Source: Antedon mediterranea (Eukaryota > Animalia > Echinodermata). Taken from it: a DNA stretch of 64,000 nt. Both the position numbers and the translations under genes were made by a program. The notes under the pieces were generated by a model. It was not told where the DNA came from and did no database searches. It was given only the letters and a program-made list of their open reading frames with translations. Below, piece after piece: positions 27,601 to 40,300 of this stretch. The stretch covers positions 16,726,795-16,790,794 of the forward strand of contig NC_092670.1 in the NCBI RefSeq assembly GCF_964355755.1, in the 5' to 3' direction. Positions within the stretch are counted from its first letter, which is position 1. Each line of letters starts with the position of its first letter.

Positions 27601-30600
27601 TGTTGATGTATTTACATAGTGCATTCCACAAACAATGTTGTCTCAATGGGCTGTGGACTTAGTTACACTTTTTAACAGCATTCTTCTCCCATCATGTCGG
27701 AGCTGCCAACTACAGCGATAATTATTCTTTCCACGACAGTGACTGTGAGCTAGTACACTCACTGGAGTAACCCCCCTTCCCCATTCTCGAAAGTTGTACT
27801 AAGTTCTTTAAAGTGCACACAAGCATTTTGTGTACCTACGTTTTATAGTTTTTATCTAAGAAGACTACTGGAATTCCACTGTCTAAACCGCTCGACCACT
27901 ACTAAAAATATTCTGTTGAATTAGTAGCTTCATTTGAGTTTATAGTATCATATTTAAATAAGTTACTCATATGAATTGGTACCCAGTCTGAATAAGTAAT
28001 TGTTTGAGTAATTTTGACAATTTTAACCCAATGTCAGTGGTGTAACACAAGCGCCCGAGGCCCCAGGTTTAGGAATCCTTAGTGGCCCACCCAATGCTGG
28101 AGGCTACAGACATATTTAGATTTTTTCGACATAATTTAATTGACAATTGTTTTGACAGGGCACTGCTCAGGGGCCCCTGTAAGCTCCGGGCCTCTGTTAA
28201 GCCAGTTAGCGCTCATAGCCGTTGCGCACCTGCCCAATAGATTCAGTGCAATTAATATATTGTAATTATTTTTCTTTTAAAGACATTAATGAGTGTGATA
28301 GTGGACCGTGTCAAAATTTTGGAATTTGCATAAATGGTGCAAATAGTTATGCCTGTCAGTGTCAACCAGGATATGGAGGCGTATTATGTGATTTGGGTAA
28401 TTTTCTATTTTGTTCAAATTATTAAATAAAATTATTTTTTATTAAATCAGTAATAATTTAGTATAGACACTATTTTTCTGTTGGACTGACTATTTTTGGT
28501 AGATACTGAAAAATGTTTACTGTCCTACCTACATATTAAAACGAAATTCTTTTAACCATAAACCTTATTTATTTTTGTCAGATATTAATGAATGTTCTCC
28601 TAATCCATGTCGGAATGGAGGAGCTTGTCAAGACTTTTTAGGATCTTACACATGTACATGTGCCCAAGGATTCCTTGGAGCAAACTGTGACAATAGTAAG
28701 TAAAGCTCTGTCTACACTATCAAACTTTATGTGACAAAAAATGGGATGTCCCCTTATATTGACATGATGTCATATCACTACCATATTTGGACACATCACA
28801 CTTTTTTTGTCCAACTAATTTGATGGTGTAGACAGAGCTTTATTAGATTATATAACATAGTTATCAATGACAGTAAAGGAAAGTTTAGAGTGTTATGAAT
28901 TTGCTTAAGTTACCCTTGGTAATTTGTCTTAATATGTTTAAAAAAAAATAAATAAAAACAGATACAGAAGCATAACATCCATCTTCTGCCATACATATGC
29001 GTGACTCAGCCATTCTTTTAGCCATTGTTATTCTCCCATTATTAGATAATGGGAATGAATGTAGATCTGAAATCTTCACTCAAACTCATTGTTTGAGCAG
29101 TATATGCTCAACTGCTCAGTCATAGCTGTTCTTTTGGTTGTAAGACACTAATATTGGAAGATACATTACAAAAGGTCCTTTAAAACCACCAATTTCAATT
29201 CACAACACTTAGTATGCTTTACAGTTGATTTTAAAGTTGATGACAAATTTGTAAAGGTTTATTATTAACATTAATGCAAAGGTTAATGATACTAAACACT
29301 AGAAACTGTTAACACAAAGCTACCTTTAAATCATTATTGTATTCCTTTGATTTGCTTCTAACTGTGTATTTTGTGTTAAACTGTAGATGAAGATGATTGT
29401 TTAAGTGGACCATGCCAGAATGGTGGCGTTTGTAATGATCTTATTAATATGTACACCTGCAGTTGTGCACCTGGATTTACAAGTACAAACTGTGATCAAG
29501 GTACGTTGTTTAAGGGTCGGGGGATGGTTTGGGGCAAAGGTTAGTAATCACACAGAATGTTGGATGAGGGCTAATGCTCTGTCTACACTACAAAACTAGT
29601 TTGACAAAAAAAAGTATCATGTGCCCAAATATGGTAGTGATATGAAATCATCATGCATATCACATTTTTTTGTATATAAAGTTTGATAGTGTAGAGAGAG
29701 GGTAAGAGGGCAGCTATGAAAAAGTTACTAGCATTATGTAACAATTAATAAACCTTTTTGCTTATTTTCATTATTTTTATCTTCTAGATTACAATGAGTG
29801 TTCTAGCGTTCCTTGTCAAAATGGAGGAGCTTGCACGGACGTAATCAATGGTTTCTTTTGTACATGTCAGCCGGGCTATACAGGCACACAGTGTGATACA
29901 AGTTAGTATGATGCTTGCTACAAAAACATAATCTAAGCCTACCACATAGTTTTCTAGTTGATTAGATTCACAAAAACCTAGAAACTATGTGAGGATATTG
30001 GGACACGCTAGGTCCGATGTCCTTATTCACCATTCACACTTAGGCTAAGAAAAAATAAGTGAGATACGTATACGTATATTTATTGTTTATATCTTACTTA
30101 AGTGATTGGTGAATACAGCCACAGTGACTACTGACTACACTGTACATTGTAGCTTCTAGATCATCAAAATTTGTCGTATATTAAAGTAAAATATTGCTAT
30201 CTCTGATATACATATTGTTTTTTTTAAACTAGAGTGTAATACTACCTTATCTTAAATTTTCAGATGAAAATGAGTGCGATGGCAATCCATGTCGGAATGG
30301 TGGTCAGTGCTTGGACGGTATAAACTACTACAGCTGTATATGTTTAAACGGATGGAATGGAGATAACTGTGAAAATGGTATTTAAAGCATTTTATTTTAC
30401 ATGGTACAAAGAACATTTTTTTTTGTGGTAAAAAACAAACAAAAAAAGTCAAAAGATTATGTTTTTACATAATTGCCCAAAGATACCAAGATATATATAT
30501 GGACGTTTACATAGAAGAATTATCAAAAATTGTAAAGTGTCGGGTGATATACTGAATATTAATTTATTTATTTTGAAACGATAAAGGAAATCATTGAGAT

Positions 30601-31312
30601 TGAGAAAAAGCCGCAATAAACCTACCAACCAGACTTTCCGGAAAACCGGAAATATTTTTCCCAACACCCACAATTTGTCACTATCATTTTTGTTACAGAT
30701 ATCAATGAGTGCAACAGCAATCCATGTCAGAATAGTGGAGTTTGTGTGAATGGCCCTAACATGTTCACATGTAGTTGTAGTACTGGCTTCACTGGAATTC
30801 TTTGTGAACAGGGTAAGTATTAAGTGAGTGAATGGGCGAGTGAATGACCAAGTGGTTAAGACAGTGGAACCGTAATCTTTAGCTTTTATGTCAAGGGTTC
30901 AAGGCTCACTTGTGGTGGTAGAACAAATCTTCTCAGATATGGACTATAAACCGTACGTTCAGAGTTTAAAGAACTTAATACATCTTTTGAGATGAGGTGT
31001 ACTAGTCAAACATATGGCATGACGCTCAGTTGAAATCCAGTGCCATGAGCAATGATCATTGGAATGGTGCTACACAAATTGGAACTATTACTATTAAATG
31101 GAAACCTATTATTATATTAATTGCTTGATTTAATTTCTATTAAAACCCTCTATACAATGACTACTACTATTTCCCATCTACCTTTATTTATTTGATAGAT
31201 GTTAATGATTGCACACCAAACCCATGCACAAACAGTGGTGTATGTTTTGATGAAACCAATAGCTACCGGTGTGAGTGTCCTCAAGGCTTTACTGGAATAC
31301 ATTGTGAACTAA
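3648..31312 (+). CDS. Array of 33 phase-1 exons encoding 34 calcium-binding EGF-like repeats
   Basis: 29 exons of 114 nt, 3 of 111 nt and 1 of 228 nt. Each reads like DINECxSxPCxNGGxCxDxxNxYxCxCxxGWxGxNC, with the D-I-N/D-E-C Ca-binding motif and 6 Cys. Confidence 0.93.
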
Positions 31313-34300
31313 GTAAGTACTAACAGTCAGTAATTTACTTTACCATAGTATCAACAACTTTTCTATAGGTTTAAGCTCTGTCTACACTATCAAACTTTAT
31401 GTGACAAAAAATTGTGTCCATATATAGATACGAGGATGTCATATTACTACCATATTTAGGCACATCACACTTTTTTCGGCTTGATAGTGTAAATAGAGCT
31501 TTGGTCTTGCATATTGTTGTCTAATAAATTGAAGAAACCAGAAAGTACTGTCAGTAAGGACACCAAGTGAGCAATCTAGTACCTGATAACACACACATAA
31601 CATCAAATTTAGCAAATTCATACATGGATATTTCATGAGATAAGTTACTTTCACACGCTGTGGATAAAAGTATTAGCTTACAACTTTATAGGTCTGAACT
31701 AGAAAAGTTTAGGGTAATCTTCTGTGACACTGACATAGAAGTACATATGACAACTTGACACAAGACTGCCATTGACTTTCTGAAAACCACTAACAAAATA
31801 AAGTTATTTCCTGAACAGGGTTTGTTAATGTGTTTATATACTCTTTTGTTTTTTCTAAACCTATATATTGTCACCTATTTTATCTTTAGCTACTGGCTGC
31901 GATCAAGTATTCACAATAGATAATTGTGATAAAGTCGTACTCACGTCACCAAATTACCCTGAACCATATGATAACAACTTGAACTGCCTATGGCGGTTCT
32001 ATGCTTTAGGACCGGTTGCAGGGATACGTGTAGTCTTTTCTCTATTTGATATTGAAGACGAACATGATATCCTGTCTGTTGGGTATTCAGATGCAGCTGA
32101 CGATTCAACCAAGTTGTATGAATTTACAGGCAGTGTTGTACCTGAAACATTTGTGGTGAATGATGACCAGATGTGGATGCAATTTGAGACAGACTCTACT
32201 AAAGTTGAGAGTGGGTTTTACGTGGAGATACAAGACACATGCTATGGTATGCAACATTTAATTATTACACTACATATTCAAGCTGCAAATTTAATTATGA
32301 TTCACCTCTAAAAGCCTTTTAAGTAGTATGTTGCTTATACATCGCTTTGATCTTATTATTATTATTGATTCTTATTCAAAAGACACATTTGTATACAAAG
32401 TTCAATGAACTGGATTTTTCATACAATGACTTTCATCTCTTCTAAGGGTCCCGAGAGTGGTACCAAACAGCTGTTATTCTTTTGTTCATGATGAGCTGAG
32501 ATAGACCAGTATGTTGGACTAATGCACTAGGCTTTTAAACTACACACAAGTCAGCTGTGTGTAGTGTGTGCTATGCTAATTGACTCATTTATCAGTGACA
32601 ATTATTCTGTTTTACTCATGAAAAACAATATACTGATACTGAACCAGATTTAAACCCATAACTCCATATAATTTATAAACGAGTACTGCTGTTTCACTTT
32701 TTAAAAACTTTTTTTCTCCATAGTTCCCAACCTTTGTGATGCATCGCCATGTTTAAATGGAGGGACATGTGTGCCTTTGACCGCAACAACTTACTCCTGC
32801 ACATGTGTGCTTGGGTACTCCGGTGACAACTGTGAAATAGGTAATGGCAGAGACCAATATATAGAGAGTTTGTCCAAATGTTATCAAAATGCACCCTAAT
32901 CCTATTTCATAACATAGCACTGTAGATTACGTTATAATATAACTGTATTAATTAACTAAGTTGATCTCTGTTTATTTGACTCTTGGTAATCCTACATTTA
33001 TTACCACCTTTAGTTGTGCTTTTAATAATTTTTATCAACTCTGAAGATTATATATATTATCTGTAACATATCTTATCTATAACATCTGTTAAACCAACTC
33101 AGTCCGAACTTGACTAAGAGTCGCCAAACTTATACCTTAGGTTAAGGTCATTATCTTGCAGTTAGTGTTTGTTAGTTACTTCTTTTACCACTCACTTCAT
33201 TTCTGCATAATCATATTCACTTAATCATCACTACTAATATTGCAGTTCCATTAACCATGTAGTTTTTAGTTTTTATGTTATTGCTCTAATAATAGTGAGC
33301 TTTCGTTACGGGTGGTGGACAAAGGAGGTGGTCACTTAGTAAAATTGACGGAATACCCCTCCACTTGTCACGGTCTGTTACCACTCCTTTGACTACTGTC
33401 ACAAAATATTAACAACAGTATGGTCATATTCTACTACTAAACTATTATCATGGTAGTAGCTTTTACTATTCTAATATTAGTTTATTGTCATGCTAGTTCA
33501 TTGCTTTGATAATAGGGTTTATCGCAAATAGCTGATATCGTGACAAAGCTTTGTTGCATAATGTATGTTAGGAAGGAACTGAGGGAAAATGAACAACAAG
33601 TGAATGTTTCCTACAGTTTCTTTCCAGCATGCGCCACGCATTTCTTTGCTATCTGCGATAAATCTCTTCCTATTACATGTCATGCTTATATTAGTAGCAC
33701 TTCTATAGTAGTATTCATTTCATTATTCTGTTAGTACCGTTGCCATGCGCTTCGTCCCCATGTCAGAACGGTGGTACGTGTATGGACAGTGGTGGGTCAT
33801 TGGTCTGCGCCTGTCCACTTGGATTCTTTGGTTCGTTCTGTGATACCACAAGTAAGTTGTCATGCATCATCATCATGTCATTTCACAATAATTCTTCCCC
33901 TACCCAAAAAAGAAATCTTTAATATATTGAATTGTGTGTTGATGTATCTAAATTGTTCTACATGCTTTTATGCTAACATTTTATACTAATAACGTGCACA
34001 TAACAGAGCTAACTTATTTTTATTACATTTTTTCTAATACAGTCTACTCTTCCACTACCGGACTCTCTGAAAACCGAAACTCTCCCAAATCTAGACTTTT
34101 CTTGAGGTCCAAGTGTTCCAAAATACCAGACATCCTGACATATTAGGCCAGCCTGTCTGGTATTGGAGAATAAACTGTATTTTAAATTCTTCTACACATA
34201 ATAATCATTATTTTGTTTATAAATTGCAATTGCTTCATATTCTAGTTTCACCCTGTGATGCTAGTCCCTGTCAAAATGGTGGAACATGTATTGAATCTGG

Positions 34301-37300
34301 AAATTCTTACATATGCAACTGTGAGGCATTATATTCTGGAATGGACTGCGAGATACCAAGTAAGTTTTATTTTTGTAGAGATCAAATCAAGTAGTGTTTT
34401 GAAAATGAAGAGTTATGGATTGTTATATATACTGCTGAGTGTTAGATGATATGAAGTTAAGAATGTAAAAGACGGGTAAAAACTTGGTAAAACCCCTATT
34501 AAGGGAAAACCTTTAACGCCTGACACAGTGTCTCTTGAATAGTGTTGTCTCAAAGGAGGGATTCTACTGTACTGTATAAATTATATTTTTTTCATTGATT
34601 GTAAACTTTAATTTTATTTTCAATTTGTGTAACATTACATGGAACAGTCACAGCATGTCATAGCTCTCCTTGTGAGCCTCCATGGGAGTGCATTTCGTCT
34701 GGCAACACATATGGTTGCTACTGTCTATCTGGTGTTGATTGCACCCCAGATACCACCACACAATTAGGTAAAGAGATGTGGTGCTGATAGCTATAGCTGG
34801 CTTAATTTCTACCAGATAAAGTACAACTAACTTACTGTAATTTGTACCTGCCACCAGTCATCTATAGTTTCTTGTCAAGCTCGCTTAGCCTAGTCTTGCT
34901 TAATTGTAGACTTACCACGTCTTCAGTTTTTGTTTCATTTTATGAAGCAGGGATTTGTTCCTTCAGCTCAAGTATGGTAATTGTGACACACCATATGGGT
35001 CAAAATGTTTTTTTCTAATATTAAGCCAAGTTGCTGTCTAGAACATAAACTAAGCTTAATTGTAGCTATATATTTTATCTGCATGTAGCCTAACTGTGTC
35101 TCGCCTAACTCTAGCGCTATGTGCAGATACAATAGCTTCTACATTTAAAATGTCATCAAAATATGATCTATGTAATTTAGTAATCGTAGATTTAGATTGT
35201 ATATAACGACTTGTTGTCAGGATTATTAAAAGCTTTACTTGTTAACTTTAAGATAATAACAGGTTTTTGTGTCTGTTAATATGCCTAGGATAATATTTTG
35301 CCCAACTTTGTACATTTGATAATACAGGATTGTGTGTAAACGTCCATCTTGGGAAACTTAATAATATAAAAGGCTTACTGTTTAATTTACTCATCTTCTA
35401 GCCACTGATGTTTGTAGTAATATGCCATGTATGAATGGGGGTCAGTGTTCCCCTTCTGGAACAACATTTATATGTGTATGTACAGAAAGGTTCTCAGGTG
35501 CTCAATGTCAAGGTCTGTCTGTGTTTTTATGTTTTGTTTTTGTAATGATATAGATTGTTTAGTTCCATCATTTTCTTGCTTCAATTAACACTATTCTTAC
35601 TCTATGATTAGACCATTCATCTTTTTAATTAATATTTTCTATTATTAACATACAACATGTAATGATCATTGTATAGTAGTTAGTATAGTTTGTCTTTCTA
35701 CTAATATAAGTTTTAATCATTGTATGTTATAAGGCTTTAGTCATTATAGTGTGTATAGTGATCATCTAGTACTTTTTATTATAATATAGCAGCATTAACC
35801 TTCTCATATTATCATTACCATCTTTTATATCATTCATATCCTTACTATTTCCATTGTAATCCTCAACTCATTAAATTATTACCATCAGTCATCATTAGTA
35901 ACTATACATTTTAACAGAAAGATAAACTTGAAATGGTGTGAATTGGTAAAAAAGGGAAAAAAATATGAAAAAAAACACTTTCTACTTGCTGTTGTATTGA
36001 AAGTACGTTAGAGTAGCAGTTCTTTCCATCCTCAGAAGCCACAGTGCTGTGATCGTCACTCTTGGAAACAATAATAATGATAGAACAGGTCTTTGTTCTG
36101 CACTTGTGCATTTATGTGCAAGACCAATGACTTATTTTGACCATATTCAGCAACCCAGTGTAACCCAATTTTAATATGAATATTTTGTCCTTACAGATGA
36201 TGTATGCAACCCAAATCCATGTGAGAATAATGGATATTGCGATGCAGTAGACAGTACAAACTACCAATGTCAATGTCCTGACCAATTCTATGGTGCAACC
36301 TGCCAGTTTGCAGGTAAGTCAAACCTCTGGGTTTATTGATTACTTTAGATATGAACCTACATGTCATCCCTACTTAATAAGTCTATTTTGTGAGACACTA
36401 CTACTTTATAGACATTACATTATTTCCGATATGGACACCCCTTTAAAAAAATTGAATAGTCCATGCGCCATTGCAGGCCATAAAAAGGGCTCTCACACAT
36501 TCATATTTTTTAACAATTATTTTCAGAGTGTCAAACTAATCCATGCCTAAATGGAGGAACATGTAGTATTGCAAATTCTCAAATCATGTGTGCGTGTGTC
36601 AATGGCTGGACTGGACCAGAATGTGATGACGATGTAGACGAGTGCCTGCTTGCACCATGTCTTAATGGAGGGGTTTGTTCGAATCAAGAAGGAAGTTACA
36701 TATGTGATTGTAGCAATGTTCCATTCAGTGGCCTAAATTGTCAGGATGGTAAGTTTTTATTCATTGATAATTTTTAGTTTTTTCCTTTTTTCTTTGTCTT
36801 TTTTGTTTGTTTTTTTTTTACATTTTCTAAAATTATTTATATATGTTTATAGATTTTGTCCTTATAGAGACATTTAATTCAGTTTATCCTTTTAAGTTTT
36901 ATTAGAACTGAGCATATATTTATAATTAATATAAGTCATTGCTCATCTCTATTTTCCAGTTTTCAATTTTATTTTCCTTTACCTGGTTGTATGAGGAAGA
37001 ATGTTTTATTTTTAAACTAGTACCCTACTGACACATATATATGAGCATGTATAGCACATATTAGTATGCTGTATAAAGAATATGGTTTAAACCAAACCTA
37101 GGGTGTAAGCCTACCCTGGAGTATCAGCCCAACCTTGCAATTTCAGCCCAACCTGGGGTATCGATCATAAGCACAATCTGGAGTGTAAGCAAGCCCAAAC
37201 TTAACCCATTTTGCTTCATACCCGTGTCAGTACGGTACTTCTTTTACTCTCTTTTGTGGGTTTTTTTTTTTTCAACTTTGCTGTTCTTTTTGCACGTTGC

Positions 37301-40300
37301 TTTAGGTCCTTGTTCATCGTCTCCTTGCCAAAACAATGGCAATTGTTTTGCCTCTGAGGATGGTTCATATGTTTGCTCGTGTACCAATGGCTTTACTGGA
37401 ATCAATTGCCAAACTGAAGGTCTGCAATCTTTTATATATACTGTATTTTCAGAGATTATATATTTGTATTGGATTATATATCGATAATTTGCATGCTGAA
37501 AAGCAATTTTTTTCATATTTTCTTTAAATTTATTTGTTATTTCTTTTTAATTGATTTTTCATTGATTTCTAGATTATCCTATTGTGTTTGTTTAATTTAA
37601 AATCATATCCAATAGCAGGAAACCAGTCACTTAGTACAGTGAGATATTGATAAATTATCAAAATGTTAAACTAACTGAAATACATAAATGTAGTCAAAAC
37701 ATCTAAAACTATCAACTGAAATATAAATTAATGTTTTAATGTTTTTTAAATTTTGTTTCTAAAATTAGTATTAGTATTTTCGATTGCATCTATTTGGAAT
37801 ACGTTTTTCATCAATTAGTTATACTGGAGATTGTTGCTTAAAAGTAAGCTGTTTTTCTTTCTTTACCAGGTTGTGAACAAAATAGCTGTTCAAATGGTGG
37901 TGTATGTAACTCTAACAACAACCAATGCGAGTGTACCACTGGATATGAGGGCGCTACGTGTGATGACGACGTCGATGAATGCCTTACTAAGCCCTGTGGC
38001 AGTGATGGTACTTGTGTAAATTCAGTTGGATCTTATACCTGTTTATGCTCTCAAAATGGTGTAGACGTGAACTGTGATGCACGTTAGTAATTTTTTATGT
38101 TCGCACAAATATTTTTTTATAAAATTACTGGTAACATTATTATCATAATCATTATTATCATTCATCATCATTGCCATCACATTATTATCATCATCATTAC
38201 CATCACATTATTATCATAATCATTATCATCACATTATTATCATGATCATTATCATCATCATTGTTATCACATTATCATCATTCATCATCATTGCCATCAC
38301 ATTATTATCATCATCATTGCCATCACATTATTATCATCATCATTGCCATCACATTATTATCATGATCATTATCATCATCATTGTTATCACATTATTATTA
38401 TCATCATCATTGCTACAACATTATTATCATGATCATTATCATCGTCATTGCCATCACATTATTATCATGATCATTAATATCATCATCATCATCATCATTG
38501 CCATCACATTATTATCATGATCATTATCATGGTCATTGCCATCACATTATTATCATCATCATTATTATCATCATCATTGCTATCACATTATTATCATCAT
38601 CATTATCATCATCATTGCCATCACATTATTATCATGATCATTATCATTATTGCCATCACATTGTTATCATGATCATTACTATCATCATTATCGTTGCCAT
38701 CACATTATTATCATCATCATTATCATGGTCATTGCCATCACATTATTATCATCATCATTGCTATCACATTATTATCATGATCATTATCATCATCATTGCT
38801 ATCACATTATTATCATGATCATTATCATCATCATTGCTATCACATTATTATCATGATCATTATCATCATCATTGCCATCACATTATTATCATGATCATTA
38901 TCATTATTGTCATCACATTGTTATCATGATCATTACTATCATCATTATCGTGGCCATCACATTATTTTCATAAAGGCCTAAAAAGGAAAAATGTAATGCA
39001 CAGCATCAACTGAAATCAGTGCAGCTTTTTTTAGCTGATTTTGAGTTAATGACGTATATTAATTTGTATTCTAACTGTGCAACAAATTTGGTTAGGCTTA
39101 ATAACCAGTAACATCACTATTTTAATCACATTATCATTTTGATCTTTATTATCATAATCTTTATCATCATACATAATTCATGATAATGTTGCATTGGTTT
39201 TTTTTTGTTACAGTTGAATCATCTTCAACCAGTGGTCTTGACAATACAGAAATCATCATCATCGTTGGTGCTATTCTCGGTTTTATCGTCTTGTTAGTCC
39301 TTGCTGTAACACTCTATTATTGGTTCTCACCTAAGTAAGTTATTCATTTAAAAGTTTCATTTTGTTCCTTATTCATCCAATCTTCTCCACTTATAACAAT
39401 TAAAAGTGATTGCATAGTATCACAAGTTAGAAAGGATGGACTGTTCTATTATTTTGGAGGGTGTTCCACTTCATTTGAATAAATTTCATTGTGTAAGTAC
39501 TCATTAAGTAACTCAGCTGTTTAGCTATTGGTAAATTTTGCTTTGTATAAATTGTTATATGCTTTTGTAAACACTTGCAGTATATATAAGTATGTTATTT
39601 AATAATTATTTTTCTGTGATTTCAACATATTTTAATGTATGCTTAATCTACAAATAAATGTCATATATAAAACATACGTCATTCACTTAAATTTTTTTGG
39701 GTGAAACACAGTGGCTTGTAAATATAGTATATAAAACTCCCAACAATAAATTGTTAAAAATCACAAATTACAACGTTTCACTTGTGATACATGTCTACTA
39801 CATTTAAACTTAACAAAGTCATAGACATACTGTACACATATGCAATATATTTTAAGAATTATGTTCAAGTCCATATATTAAATTTTGCATCGTTTTTCTC
39901 TCTTTTTTCAAATAAATTAAATATGGTTTTTAAAATTAATTTCATATTTTATTCTCTGAATAGTACTTTTAGGAGATTTTTTTTAGATCTGTATTAGATC
40001 AAATTTTATGTGGTGAAATTTGTTGATTGAATATTAATTTTGTATACCATTTTTTTTCCTTCAAAATAGAGACAGAAGACTAAACTATGCAATGAGTGAA
40101 GAAGAAGCTTCTCGCCTTCATGCTGATGATGACATAGTGGAGCGAAACGGCATCCCGTCTCCGCCTCACAAGAGTCGGAGTAATGCTGAAAATGAGTACG
40201 GTTTTATTCCACCAAATAGTGGTAGCAGGTATGATGCACAGGACTGGGTCATCCAGAAAAAAGGTCAAAGCCATATGAATGGCGCCACACCAACTCCCAG

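Noticed and set aside
30836-30910. tRNA gene
   Set aside because: A/B-box-like motifs are present, but I could not form a cloverleaf and the sequence continues into a SINE body shared with two other loci.
33241-33265. Possible micro-exon after a good acceptor (…aatattgcag)
   Set aside because: The nearest GT gives 13 nt (frameshift) and read-through hits TAG, so it is unsupported.
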